Origin: a bacterium
GTDB lineage: Bacteria > Zhuqueibacterota > Zhuqueibacteria > Residuimicrobiales > Krinioviventaceae
Assembly (NCBI GenBank): GCA_963674595.2
Contig: CAXXFV010000008.1
Location: 32,001 to 96,000, forward strand
Direction: 5' to 3'
DNA: 64,000 nucleotides
Positions 28,346 through 40,392 of the stretch are shown here, one piece after another. Position numbers and translations under genes: made by a program. A model generated the notes under the pieces. That model had not been told where the DNA came from, did no database searches, and saw only the letters and a program-made list of their open reading frames with translations. Each line of letters begins with the position of its first letter. Position 1 is the first letter of the stretch.

Positions 28346-28635
28346 TGTTGTCCCTTTCCGATTCGATGTTAAAAAATATAGCCGTCCCTGGAATTGTTAC
28401 ACTAGAAGAAAGTTATTTATTTTTACGGTCATTTTCAGAGATAAATTTCCCTGTGAAAAAGCATCTCTTAAAAGTGGTATTTTGAAAAAAATGAAAATCC
28501 AAAAATAAAAAAAGCATATCTTTTGTGGAATAACAAATAATATGCTTTAAAAATCTATCATTTAATGAACCCTTGTTTTAAAATATGTTTATATTAATTT
28601 AAATGTTTTTATAAAAGTTGCAAGTGAAATAATTA

Positions 28636-29079
28636 CTAGTTTGAAATGCAATATCCTTTAATAATGTTGTTTTGAAAAATTTTTTCTGAACGTTTACCAA
28701 AATAATTAAAGAATATTAAAGCAGAAATGTCTTCATTAACCCAGCTTTTCCCATCCCACGCCTGAACAATAACTTTATAAACGGAATTTCCGGCATGTTT
28801 TTCTAAAATTCTCATATTTTTGCTTAAAAGGTCTCGTAACATGCCGAAAAGGAATGTACTGTTTTCGCTGTTAAACAATAGTGATGAATGATGGTGATCT
28901 CCTGCACAGTAATATATTTCATTCTTGTTAATTCCCCAAAAGACATCGAATCCCATACTGTCTTTTTTGTAAATTTTAACGCCTAAAATTTTATTATTAG
29001 ATATCCATTGATAATCCAATTGAGGATGATAATCAAGAAATTCTTTTGTCATTTGTTCAAAGATACTTGTTGTTTCCAT
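28636..29079 (-). CDS. Hypothetical protein
   Basis: Open frame, ATG 29079 preferred; no recognised motif. Confidence 0.55.
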   Translation of the reverse strand: METTSIFEQMTKEFLDYHPQLDYQWISNNKILGVKIYKKDSMGFDVFWGINKNEIYYCAGDHHHSSLLFNSENSTFLFGMLRDLLSKNMRILEKHAGNSVYKVIVQAWDGKSWVNEDISALIFFNYFGKRSEKIFQNNIIKGYCISN

Positions 29080-29108
29080 CTTATTTAACCTTTGGTGTGG
29101 CGCTGCTG

Positions 29109-29540
29109 TCAAATGTTTTGAGGAAACCTTTTCCCCATGCTTATTCGTTGTTCTGTTTGATAACCGTTTGCAAGATAGAATTTTTCTACCTCTGCATTAT
29201 CTTGCATGACTTGAAGGTTCACTTTCATACATCCCAGGTTTATTAGTTCCTGTTCCGCAAAAGCCAATAACTGCGAACCGATTCCCTGTTTTCGATAGGC
29301 AGGCAGGACGGCAACAGCATATATCCAGCCGCGATGTCCATCGTATCCTGCCATAATTGTCCCGATTACCTTTTGGTCGTCCACAGCGACAAAAAATAAT
29401 CCGTCATTAGTTTCAAGTTTTTTGTCTATAACCAGTCCCGGTTCGTTATGACTGGTTGCATATCCAAAAATCTCTTTCCAAACTGCCATAACCTGAAACC
29501 TGTGTACTGTGTTATTAAATACTTTTATTTCATATTTCAT
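29109..29540 (-). CDS. GNAT acetyltransferase (YpeA-like)
   Basis: MAGYDGHRGWIY, RKQGIG, KVNLQV, RISMGKR motifs. Confidence 0.88.
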   Translation of the reverse strand: MKYEIKVFNNTVHRFQVMAVWKEIFGYATSHNEPGLVIDKKLETNDGLFFVAVDDQKVIGTIMAGYDGHRGWIYAVAVLPAYRKQGIGSQLLAFAEQELINLGCMKVNLQVMQDNAEVEKFYLANGYQTEQRISMGKRFPQNI

Positions 29541-29756
29541 GAGTAGATTCTCCGTCTTGCAAGTATATAAATTAATATTTTGAAACTCTGAATTATAACA
29601 TCTGGTTTTGTAAAGGTGGTCCTTAAATTAATTTAATCGGTTTAATCCAAATAACAAGGATTAAAATTTGCTGCAATTAAATGAATTTAATGGGTTGAAT
29701 TTGTGCCAAATTTCATATACCTTGAAGCAGGTTGTTTGACCAATTTTAAGGCATCT

Positions 29757-31117
29757 ATGGATTTAAAAACGAATTAAAATTATTAGTCATGAAAAAGATT
29801 TGCATCTGCAAAAGCGGATCGAGAATTTATCGGTAAAATATAAAGTACGTGTTGAAACAACTTTTTCATTTAAAGAGTTTGCAGAGACAATAAATATCGG
29901 AAAATATACGGTGTTGATACTCACGAATGAAACTGTTGAGGAAAATTCTAAAAAATTATTTGGGCTGTTACAAACTATTTCACAAAAAAGTCCGAAAATT
30001 CAGATACTTTTATTTGTTAAGGAGAAAAATATTGCCATTGCCGTAGAAGCGTTTAAGGCAGGAACATTTCAATATGTAAAACTACCGGTTCGCGATGAAG
30101 AATTAAAACTGGTTATTGAAAACGGCTATAGAACGTCAGCCACAAATTGTTGAGGAAGAACTTGTCAGCACCAGGGGGAAGGTCAGGTTTGGTGATATTA
30201 TCGGAAGCTCTGCTTCTATGCTGGAAGTTTATGATCACATTTCCCAGGCTGCACAGACTGATATACCCGTCCTAATATTGGGTGAAACCGGTACCGGTAA
30301 AGATTTGGTGGCTTCTACCATTCACAAAATGAGTGCCAGGGCCGGGCAGCCTTATCTTGCCGTTAACCTGGGTGCGCTTCCTTCCGAATTAGTCGGCAGT
30401 GAACTGTTTGGCCATGAAAAAGGTGCATTTACCGGTGCGGTGCAGCAACATAATGGTGTTTTTGAGCAAGGTGATAAAGGCACTGTTTTTCTTGATGAAA
30501 TTGACACGATGGATGAAAAAGTCCAGGTAAGTTTGTTACGCCTCCTTGAACAAAAAAAGTTTAAAAGACTTGGCGGAACGCACAATATTAACAGCAAGGC
30601 ACGGCTTGTTGCTGCAACAAATGAAAATATCGACAACCTGGTTGAATCGGGTGCTTTTCGTAATGATTTATTTTATCGGCTGGATGTATTTCGAATTGCT
30701 TTACCACCTTTGCGGGAAAGAAAAAGTGATATTCCATTGCTGGTTGATGAAATGTTGTTGAAATATTCAAAAACCTATAAAAAATCCATCTCATCGATCA
30801 GTCCGGATGCCATTGAAGCATTATTAAGCTTTGATTGGCCCGGAAATGTAAGAGAATTAAAAAATGTCATCCAGCGCGCTGTAATTTTTTGTAATGAAGA
30901 AGAGCTTCAAGTTGAACATTTACCACCACGATTTCACAATCAAGTTTATGAAACAAAATCAATATCAATTCCTCTTGGTATGTCATTGGATAATGTAGAA
31001 CGGGAAATGGTTTTGCACGCTCTGGCGGCAACAAATAATAATAGGACAGAAGCTGCCAAGCTCCTGGGGATAAGTCGACGTGCTCTTTATAATAAATTAA
31101 ATAAACACAATCTTTAA
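29757..31117 (+). CDS. Sigma54-dependent Fis-family activator with receiver-like N-terminus (two apparent +1 frameshifts, ~29767 and ~30120)
   Basis: GETGTGKD, ELFGHEKGAFTGA, FLDEI, WPGNVREL, C-terminal HTH; removing one A from each A-run gives one ORF MDLKRIKII...VIETAIERQ... Confidence 0.85.
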
Positions 31118-31119
31118 TG

Positions 31120-31272
31120 TGTGATTGTTCGGTACACTTGATTTTTCATTAAAAGGTTACTTTAAGCCTAATTGTCTGTTTTTAACGGATAGTATTTTGG
31201 GAGGTCATTTGTGTGTACCAAATGTTTACAATTCCCTCATTTTTCTTCTGTTAGGTGTACTGATTTTGCACA
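31120..31272. promoter_or_regulatory. Three TGT-N11-ACA enhancer-like palindromes
   Basis: 31120-31136 (rc TGTACCGAACAATCACA), 31214-31230 TGTACCAAATGTTTACA, 31256-31272 TGTACTGATTTTGCACA. Confidence 0.65.
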
Positions 31273-31356
31273 CATTCTATTTTGAAAATAATTAACGGTT
31301 TTAAGCTGATTTTTTAAATTTAATGTTATTAGTATGTTACGATTTTATGTCAATTC

Positions 31357-31372
31357 TGGCATTATAGTTGTA
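31357..31372 (+). promoter_or_regulatory. Putative sigma54 -24/-12 promoter
   Basis: TGGCATTATAGTTGTA (GG-N10-GT variant of GG-N10-GC), downstream of a bEBP gene and enhancer-like sites. Confidence 0.6.
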
Positions 31373-31518
31373 TTAACAAGTAATAATAGTGTGTATGGAG
31401 ATGATTGAATATATTGAGTGATGTTTTTCCCGGGTCAGGTTTTATTTAGTGATTTTTTGTTTTTGTTCAAGATAAAACTGTATAATTTGCAATTTTTTTA
31501 ACGATAAAATTTTTAAGA

Positions 31519-31893
31519 ATGCAAAATAACAAACATGTACTCATTCTTACAGATAATGAAGACAATGAAATTGTTCGATTGCTGTTAAAGTGCAGAGTAG
31601 TACCCATAACGCAAAGATCAATTTTATCTTCTTTGGATATATTGCGCCATGTCGACATTTATGCAATTATTATTGATATTGAGCTGCACAGTGTTGATGT
31701 AATAGAGTTCGTATTAAATGCCAGAGACATTACCAATGTACCAATTTTTGTATTGGACCCATATTATAAAAAAGAAAAATGGAGTGTTGTAGAAAAAATC
31801 GGGGAAATTAATTTCAGTAAAAGTATCATTTTACTTAAAACTGAGATTGAGAATTTGTTCAAGATTAATAAAAATATACAGGAGAATAAATGA
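31519..31893 (+). CDS. Stand-alone receiver-like domain protein
   Basis: VLILTDNED...AIIIDIEL...VPIFVL, CheY-like pattern; overlaps ablA start (ATGA). Confidence 0.55.
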   Translation: MQNNKHVLILTDNEDNEIVRLLLKCRVVPITQRSILSSLDILRHVDIYAIIIDIELHSVDVIEFVLNARDITNVPIFVLDPYYKKEKWSVVEKIGEINFSKSIILLKTEIENLFKINKNIQENK

Positions 31894-33224
31894 CGATTTA
31901 TAATAACCATCAACAGGATATTGCGAAACGAATTCAAGAAAAAGTGCCCAAATCGATGTGGAAAGACTGGAAATGGCAGATGAAACATTGTGTTAAGGAT
32001 ATTGATAAATTTGAAAAATTACTGGGCATTAAATTTAGTGAAAAAGAAAGTCACGAACTTGATGAAACAATCAATACGTTTCCATTATCTGTAACACCTT
32101 ATTATATTTCATTAATAAACAATAATGATTATAAAAATGATCCTATTTATAAACAGGCTTTTCCCTCATCTTGTGAACTAAATATATCAGAATATGATAT
32201 GGCCGATCCTCTCTCTGAGGACAAGGACAGTCCGGCGCCAGGGATCACTCATCGCTACCCGGATCGGGTGCTTTTTACAGTCAGCAACATGTGTTCCATG
32301 TATTGTCGGCATTGCACACGCAAGCGCAAAGTAGGCGACGTGGACTTTATTCCCAACAAGGGAATGATTAAAGCAGGAATCAGCTATATAAAAAAAACAC
32401 CGCAGGTTCGTGATGTATTATTGTCCGGTGGTGATCCGTTCATGTTGTCTGATGAATATCTTGATTGGATCCTGACCGAAATTCGCGCCATTCCGCATAT
32501 TGAAGTTATTCGTATCGGAACACGAATGCCGGTTGTATTACCCTATCGTGTAACAGATGATTTGGTAAAAATGTTGAAAAAACATCATCCCGTTTGGATC
32601 AATACACATTTTAATCATCCTCGCGAAATTACAGCTTCATCAAAAGAAGCTTTGGCAAAACTTGCAGACGCCGGTATTCCGCTGGGAAACCAGACCGTTT
32701 TGCTTGCCGGTGTTAATGATTGTCCCAGAATAATGCGAGCTCTGGTACATCAACTGGTCCAAAATCGTGTCAGGCCCTATTATATGTACCAGTGTGATTT
32801 ATCGGAGGGGCTTTCACATTTTCGAACACCGGTTGGAAAAGGAATTGAAATTATTGAAAGTTTAATCGGTCATACCAGTGGGTTTGCTGTTCCTACCTAT
32901 GTCATTGATGCTCCCGGAGGGGGAGGGAAAATACCGATTATGCCGAATTATATTGTTTCCTGGTCTACGAATAAGGTTGTATTGCGAAATTATGAAGGTG
33001 TTATTACCACCTATAAAGAACCGGATAGTTACGAGCCTGTTTTTTGTGACCGTAATTGTGAAAGATGTGATTTGCAATTGGACCTTAGAGGTTCTGATGA
33101 ATACAATGCAACCGGTATCTCTGAACTGTTGTCTGATGCTGATGATACGATTTCTCTGGTCCCTGAGAATAATGAACGAATTGAACGACGGAATACGAAC
33201 GAAAACGGTAATGGTGAATACTAA
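31890..33224 (+). CDS. ablA: Lysine 2,3-aminomutase
   Basis: [21 protein letters not shown] radical SAM motif, [17 protein letters not shown]; operonic with beta-lysine acetyltransferase. Confidence 0.93.
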   Translation: MTIYNNHQQDIAKRIQEKVPKSMWKDWKWQMKHCVKDIDKFEKLLGIKFSEKESHELDETINTFPLSVTPYYISLINNNDYKNDPIYKQAFPSSCELNISEYDMADPLSEDKDSPAPGITHRYPDRVLFTVSNMCSMYCRHCTRKRKVGDVDFIPNKGMIKAGISYIKKTPQVRDVLLSGGDPFMLSDEYLDWILTEIRAIPHIEVIRIGTRMPVVLPYRVTDDLVKMLKKHHPVWINTHFNHPREITASSKEALAKLADAGIPLGNQTVLLAGVNDCPRIMRALVHQLVQNRVRPYYMYQCDLSEGLSHFRTPVGKGIEIIESLIGHTSGFAVPTYVIDAPGGGGKIPIMPNYIVSWSTNKVVLRNYEGVITTYKEPDSYEPVFCDRNCERCDLQLDLRGSDEYNATGISELLSDADDTISLVPENNERIERRNTNENGNGEY

Positions 33225-34642
33225 TGCATTTTATTGATTATCTTATTTTTTTGGTATATTTTTTATTAATATTATATATCGGTTTTTATTTTTATCGAAA
33301 AAACCAAAATAAAGAAGACTATTATGTGGGTGGACGAAATATTCCCGCGAGTCATGTGGGTTTATCTATTGTAGCGACAGATGTGGGCGGTGGTTTTTCC
33401 ATAGGTCTCGGCGGACTCGGGTTTGTTATGGGACTTGCCGGTAGCTGGTTGCTTTTTACCGGACTTGTCGGCGCCTGGCTGGCTGCTGTTTTAATTATTC
33501 CACGAATAAAAAAGATAGATGCCAAACATGGCATGTTGACTTTTCCGGATTTCCTGAGACATAGTTACGGAGAAAAGGTCGCTCTTGTGGCTTCATTGAT
33601 TTCCGGAATAGGATATTTGGGTTTTACCGGTGCACAAATACTGGCCGGCGCTAAATTAGCCGCCGGGACAGTATTTTCAGATATTCATTTTATGGATCCG
33701 TTGCATCTGGCATTGTTTGTTATGGCCGGTATTGTGCTGGTTTATACTGTGCTTGGCGGCATTAAAGCCGTAATTTATACCGATACGGTTCAGTGGATTG
33801 TCCTCTTGAGCGGCCTCATGTTTTTTGGTGTTCCTTATACGTTGGTCCATGTCGGCGGCTGGGGAGCATTACAAAGTAATTTGTCTGCTGAATATTTCAG
33901 CCTCGGAAATATTAAAACTGTACAATTTATCAACTGGTTTTTTACCATCGTTCCGATTTGGTTTATTGCCATGACGCTTTATCAGCGAATTTTTTCCTGT
34001 AAAAACGAAAAAGAAGCAAAAAAAGCATTCTACATTGCAGGCGTGTTCGAGTATCCGGTTATGGCGTTTTTAGGCGTTTTTCTGGGTATGGCGGCACGGG
34101 TCTTTTTCCCCGGTGCGGAACCGGAAATGGCTATGCCCATGCTGCTCAAAAATGTTTTACCGCTTGGGCTCACCGGAATTGTTATTGCCGCTTATTTTTC
34201 TGCCATCATGTCTACGGCTGATAGTTGTTTGATCGCTTCATCTGGGAATTTTGTTAATGACATTATAGAAAGGTTTATTTTTAAAAATCGCTCGGATCAG
34301 TTTATAATAAAACTTTCTCAGATAGTCACTCTCATTATTGGCGCGTTGACCCTGATTATTGCCAGTTCTTTCAGCACGGTTTTGGAGATTATCCTTCATG
34401 CCTATTCTTTTATGGTTGCCGGTTTGTTTATTCCAACACTGGGAGCCTACTTTTGGAAAAAAAGTCATCCAACAGCAGCGTTAGCGGCCATGATTATCGG
34501 CGGATCCAGTACGCTGTTTTTGATATTTGCCAAGGTTAACATTATATGGGAGCTGGATGCCAGTGTGATTGGTATCGCTGTTTCTGCTGTGATATTTACA
34601 AGTATTTCTCTTATAAAAAATAAAAGGTTGTCTAATGTGTGA
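33224..34642 (+). CDS. Sodium:solute symporter family protein
   Basis: [33 protein letters not shown]; many TM helices. Confidence 0.9.
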   Translation: MHFIDYLIFLVYFLLILYIGFYFYRKNQNKEDYYVGGRNIPASHVGLSIVATDVGGGFSIGLGGLGFVMGLAGSWLLFTGLVGAWLAAVLIIPRIKKIDAKHGMLTFPDFLRHSYGEKVALVASLISGIGYLGFTGAQILAGAKLAAGTVFSDIHFMDPLHLALFVMAGIVLVYTVLGGIKAVIYTDTVQWIVLLSGLMFFGVPYTLVHVGGWGALQSNLSAEYFSLGNIKTVQFINWFFTIVPIWFIAMTLYQRIFSCKNEKEAKKAFYIAGVFEYPVMAFLGVFLGMAARVFFPGAEPEMAMPMLLKNVLPLGLTGIVIAAYFSAIMSTADSCLIASSGNFVNDIIERFIFKNRSDQFIIKLSQIVTLIIGALTLIIASSFSTVLEIILHAYSFMVAGLFIPTLGAYFWKKSHPTAALAAMIIGGSSTLFLIFAKVNIIWELDASVIGIAVSAVIFTSISLIKNKRLSNV

Positions 34643-35484
34643 TGTTGTGGAGAAACTCGGAAAATCAGTTATTCAGCATGGTAAAAGTAATGATAGAATT
34701 TATTTAATGAAACTGGATAAAAGTAATTATCCGACAATTATCAAAGATATGAATGCCATAGCCGGGAAAAATGAATATACAAAAATATTTGCCAAAGTGC
34801 CTGAATGGGCTGTAGAAGGATTTTTAGAGGCAGGCTTTATAAAAGAAGCGGATATTCCCGGTTTTTATGATGGTGTAACAAATGTTTACTTTTGTTCCAT
34901 GTTTATTGATTATGCGAGAGCCTTTTTAGATAGTGAGGCAAAATCCACAGTAATGCAGAACATTAAACTGGCCTTGTCTAAACAGAACAAGCCGTTGCGG
35001 ATTCAGAAAAACCATTCTTTTAATATAAAAATACTGACGGAAGATGATATTGCAAATTTGACCGAGCTCTATTCCAAAGTTTTTAAATCCTATCCTTTTC
35101 CAATTTTTGATAATGATTATATTAAAAAAACGATGCAGGAAAATATAGTTTATTTTGGGTGTTTACCTGGGAAATAAATTGATTTCCGCATCATCTGCTG
35201 AAATGGATGTCTCTGCGAAAAATGCTGAAATGACGGATTTTGCTACAGACCCGGATTATGCCGGAAATAATCTTTCATTGCACCTGCTTCGTGAAATGGA
35301 AGCAGAGATGCGTAAAAGAAAAATGAAAACGCTCTATACCATTGCACGGTCTTTTTCCGCTGCGATGAATATTACATTTGCAAAACTGGATTATAAATAC
35401 ACCGGAACATTGGTCAACAATACTAATATTTTTGGAAAGATTGAAAGTATGAACATATGGTATAAATCTTTACAAGAGCTTTAA
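34635..35484 (+). CDS. ablB: Beta-lysine N-acetyltransferase (apparent +1 frameshift at ~35158)
   Basis: [59 protein letters not shown] split across two ORFs. Confidence 0.88.
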
Positions 35485-36800
35485 ACTTTCAATACATTCT
35501 TTTCCGGATTTTATCATATCATGTAAATGTGTATAACGAAATTGGGCATTTCTGCCGATATGGGTGGCATTGAACGGTCTTAAAAATTCAAATATCTTTG
35601 CCAGCTTTTCCTGGTGGACTGTGGTTTAATACAGGGTAAGCATTGTAAACATACTGTGCCCGGGATTCTATAATATCTTTATCATCAATCCAGCCGATTT
35701 GTTTCAGCTTTGTGATGACGGTTTCTGTTATATCCTTTTCGTTAATGTATTTTTTGTCTCTATCAGACCAGGGGATTTCTGTTACTAGTGATGTTTTTCC
35801 CGGTGGGGACATGTATCGGCTTCTGTTTTTCGGTTCAAATACCCGTGTAAAGGGAAATTCCGGTTCCGGAAAATAAATCGTTCCATGTTTTGTTACTGAA
35901 TTTTTATTAATAAAAAGAATTACCAGTGAAAGGTTTTGAAAAAATAATTCGTCAGCCGCATGGACTATTTCATCCGGTACCTGTGGAAACATTATTTTTA
36001 CAAATGTGGAAATAGGGAGGGTGTTTATAACAAAATCCAGTCCAACTTTTTCTTTGTTATTTATTTCAATAGCATTGATTTTTCCATCTGTATGAAAAAT
36101 TTTTGTAACTCTTGAATTGAGCCTAATATTCTCGTTACCACAAAATTCAGCTAACCTGTCTGTAATCATACCGTTTCCATATTTGGGATAATAAAAGGAA
36201 CCGTCCAGGTGTTTTGTTTTGGTTTTGCCGCCGAATATGGTTTCTGTTAAAAATGCCTGTAAACTCAGGCCTTTGAGCCGTTTTCCTGAAACATCTGGTG
36301 CCAGTTGCCGGCAGGGAATTCCCCAAAGTTTTTCTGAATAATTTAATAAAAACTGTTCGGCTATCACCGGACCATATTTATAATTGGCGTATTTTTCAAA
36401 ATTTTCAAAACTCTTTTTTTGAAACAGTCTTGAGAGAAAAAGTGAATATGCTGCTTTACCAATTTTTACAGGACCCAGATTTTTTAACAGGTTTAATGGG
36501 GAAAGCGGAAAGTCGATTAGCTGATTTTTTGAATAAATCTGGCTTGGAATGGTGATTTGCTGTAAATCTTTTCCCAGCAACGTTTTTATCTGATCTGTAA
36601 TCGCCTTAATTTTGTCGTGAAAACGGTGTGCACCAACATCATAGAAAAATTCACCATGCTGTACGGTTTTACACATACCGCCTATTTTACCTTCAGCCTC
36701 ATAAATAGTAAAAGGTATTTGATGAATTTTTGCATAATACCCTGCAGTAAGACCATGCCGGTCCCCCTCCGAGTATCGAAATGTGTTCTTGTCGGTTCAA
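35470..36800 (-). CDS. FAD-dependent oxidoreductase (HemY / UDP-galactopyranose mutase-like); apparent frameshifts at ~36755 and ~35626
   Basis: N-terminal ILGGGPAGL..E..IGGMC in the adjacent frame; DVGAHRFH, FYYPKYG; C-terminal IGRNAQFRY in the adjacent frame. Confidence 0.75.
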
Positions 36801-36854
36801 TAGTAATCCTGTGGTTGTTATTTTTTACAATCCAATATTACATTACCATCGATC

Positions 36855-38217
36855 TCAATTGTTTACATCATTGACCTCATTATTTTGAAAGATTCTGGGA
36901 TAAGGATTTTTATTTTTTATTTTACAGTAAGCAAATTTATATTTTTTACCCGGATTCGGATAAGGTACTTCATCCACATGAAAGATTTTTATTTCAACAT
37001 CCTGACCGAGTTTTTCTTTATATTTTTGAATTAATCTTTTATCGTTTTCACTATTATATTTTTCCATTGGTACAATAAATATATGTACAAGGTTTTTGTT
37101 TTTCCTGTATGAGTTGGGATTTTTTGATATCATTTGCTACTTGAATGGGAAAATGTGGTCCGGAAACCCATTTTCCATTACTTGTTAGAATAAATTCGTT
37201 AATTCGACCTGTTAGATGTTCAATAAGTGGCAGTGTCCTGCCGCAGGTGCATGTTTTATCTGAAGCTATGGCATAATCCAGCGTATCATATCGAAGTAAC
37301 GGAAACGCTTTGTTATGAAGCCCTGTCGCAACGATTCGGCCTTCTTCACCTGGTTGTGCCGGTGTTCCATCTTCCTTGATGATTTCCACAATGCCGTACT
37401 CGGGAGCAATATGATAACCGCCATGTGGGCATTGACAGATGAGAGCAATATGTTCAATTGATCCATAATTATCACACAGAGGTTTACCTGTCCAGGTTTC
37501 GATAAACCGGCGTTGATAGTCCAAAATATTTACTGAAACGCTAATAACAGCTTGTGGTTTAACGTCATCAATTCCGGCATTGTTTAGGAGCCTGCATAAA
37601 TAGTCAATGGATTGCGGATAGCCTCGCCAGAGTTTGATTTTGTATTTTCGTAATAAATCTGCATAATAATCTATATTTTCAGCGTTGATATAATCAGATG
37701 AAAGTTCCAAAGATTTGCATTTCCAATTCCATTTAAATTTTTTCTCATCTTGAAAAACAACGCTGCGAATATCCAATATGCCATCACCAAGTTTATACCC
37801 GCTCCAGGAAAAGTGACGGTACTGGCATAACAACTCTAAAATGTTTGAACCTTTATCCCAATATACATTCATCGGTGCGCCTGTTGTGCCTGAGGTACGT
37901 ATTTTGAGTGGTTTGTATTTATTAAAATCAGTTGCCTTGAATTGCTGTGCATTCTCTAAAAGAACATACCTGTCGATAATCGGTAGACGCGTCAGATCAT
38001 TTAACGACTGAAAGTCAGCTCTTTTTAATCCGATTTTATGAAAAAGTTGTTGATAATAAGGTACTTTATTAAAACAATGATCCAGGATATCGGAAAAAAG
38101 TTTCCATTGGAGTTTTTCCAGAATTTCCGGTTTTTGAAATTGAGTTTTCCAGAGAAGGTGTCGCCAGTAGAGTAAACGATGAGGATATAAAAAATCAGAA
38201 AAGTTAAATTTTATCAT
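36855..38217 (-). CDS. Phenylacetate-CoA ligase family (CapK-like) protein; apparent frameshift at ~37100
   Basis: RTSGTTG, YGSIE, PLLRYDTLD, GRINE; C-terminus continues in the 36855-37133 frame. Confidence 0.8.
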
Positions 38218-38363
38218 AATAACAATCCTGTTTTAGTAAAAATTTTTTAAGACAAAACAGAGATGATAATTATGCTTTATTGTTCGTTGACTGTTATTAT
38301 CGTTATTTGCTGGAAAATTTTAGCCTGAAAATATCAACAAAATAAAAATTGTTATAAAATGAA

Positions 38364-38675
38364 TTAAGTCAGTTTTTTTATAATGATTGCCAATTTTTTT
38401 CTTGTGGTTACGTTTTTAAAATGTTTTAAAATTAACAGGCTTGTTACAATAATTCCAATGCCGCCCAACAGACCGGGAACAAATACATAAAAAACAACCC
38501 GGTTGTTAAGATTGTTTACCGTTAGGATGATTGCAGATGTAAAAAGTATCATTCCCAACAAACTAAAAATACTCGTGTATAGAAACAAGTATTTGGGGGG
38601 CTGACTGATTCTTTCGGATTTTTTTATAAATTCCTTCAGGAATTGATTTTCATGACTTGTTAATTGATTTGCCAT
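38364..38675 (-). CDS. Small two-TM membrane protein
   Basis: AGGAGG RBS; two hydrophobic segments. Confidence 0.6.
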   Translation of the reverse strand: MANQLTSHENQFLKEFIKKSERISQPPKYLFLYTSIFSLLGMILFTSAIILTVNNLNNRVVFYVFVPGLLGGIGIIVTSLLILKHFKNVTTRKKLAIIIKKLT

Positions 38676-38702
38676 TTCTAATCCTCCTGATAAAATGGTT
38701 AT

Positions 38703-40295
38703 TTATTGAGGCGATGATTTTATGTGTGACTGATACCATTCGTACCGGTCATTTCTGATCCACATTTGGTGATAATCGAAAAAGGTCAGGTGGTAGTTGG
38801 AGGTCAAAAAATTTGCCAGTTGAGAAGCTTGATCCGTGTTTATTATTTTATTTTTTTCCAATTGACAGACAATACCAATATCTTCCGGTTTGTTCATAAT
38901 AATTGCCGGGTTGCCGGTAATTATTTTTTTCTACTACATTTTTACCAAGCCTGGCCCGGATTTCCGGGTAAGACAACCAGAATCGGTATTCCCAGCCGTT
39001 TGTTATGTCAAGAGCGTCAAAGTTGGTTACGGGATGCAATGCCGGATGGCATATAATCGTTTCTTTCTGAGCAATGGTTTTCAATTGTTTAATCAGGTTG
39101 TTCAATTTGATAAAGTTTTTTGACTTTAATTCAAATTGAATACGATGCAGTCCCGGCCATATCAGCAGGCCAATGATTACTAGAAGGAATATATTTTTTT
39201 TGCCGGCAAGCCATCGATTTGAAACAATAAGCAGTGCACCAGCCGCCACAACACAAGATACCAGCACAAACATTTGTTCATAATATTCGTAATGGCGTTG
39301 GGAGGGTTTTAAATAAACCAATGCTGAGACAATTAAAAATGTGCAAAGAATTCTCCCTGATTGTTTTATTTTTTGATCTGGTGATGTTATTAAAAAATAA
39401 ATCCCTGTTAGTGTAAATATGAGCAGCAAAAAATTAAAATTTATACCGATTGTTTTTGGTATCAGTCCTTCTCTTAAATTGAATTGAAACACCCATTCAA
39501 AAAAGGGCTGAACTAACTGATGAGCGTTTAACCAAATCACCAAGGGTGTTAAACCTGCGAGTATTCCTGCCAGATAAATAAAATTACGGGGTAGAAAATA
39601 AAGGAATTTTTTATAATCAACCACACTCATTAAGGGTAGGGCAGCGATAAGCGGTAAATATTTGGGAGAGAAAGAAAGTGAGATGCCGAAACACAGGCCT
39701 GCTGCAAAACAGGCCCAAAATTTTTGGTGTTTTGTAAGCAAAAAATAAAATGCAGCCAGGTTAAAAATATTACAAAAAACATCCGGGCGAAAGAGGAACA
39801 TTTCATGGGAAATGCAAATACTCATAACAAATATCAGCATATAAAGCACAACTTTTTTCCCCTGCCAGATATATTTTGTTATGAGTGTTAAAAAAAATAT
39901 GGATACCAGCGTACATCCCGTTGCAATGATCCTTATCATAACACAAAGGTTTTCTGTAAACAGGCTGCTTTTATATAATGGCGCCAGTAAAATCCACAGG
40001 GCCGGGCTGTGGTGCTGAAAAAAATCGATAAAAAGATCAAGCCCTTTGAACATTAACCAGGTTGCATGGGCATGTTCTATTTCATCATGGTCAGGGGGCT
40101 TTACCAAATATCATTCCGATGATAAAAATTACAGCAAAAAAGCCCCATAGATGAGTTGATAACAAAGCTTAAATATTGTTTTTTACCATAACGCTGCCAT
40201 AACCATCCGATGAAAAAACACAGCCCAATAAATAGAATGGTCATAAACAGGGCATTTGGAAAAGTTAACTCATAACGCAATGATAGTTTAAACAT
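38703..40295 (-). CDS. GT-C fold membrane glycosyltransferase (ArnT/PMT-like); apparent frameshifts at ~40166, ~40107, ~38927
   Basis: DHDEIEH, DFFQHHSP, FRPD motifs; many TM helices; three track ORFs join into one. Confidence 0.65.
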
Positions 40296-40392
40296 TTTTT
40301 TCTCTGAAAATAGTTTTAGCCAACACTGCTTTAGTAAAATATATATTTATTTCTGCTAATCAAAATAGTTTTTGATATTTATTTTTATTTAC

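Noticed and set aside
31890-33224. EpmB or lysine-fermentation KamA role
   Set aside because: Context is ablB, with no efp/epmA or kamDE
35151-35177. Programmed frameshift in ablB
   Set aside because: No clear slippery heptamer or stimulator; one of many same-sign indels in the region
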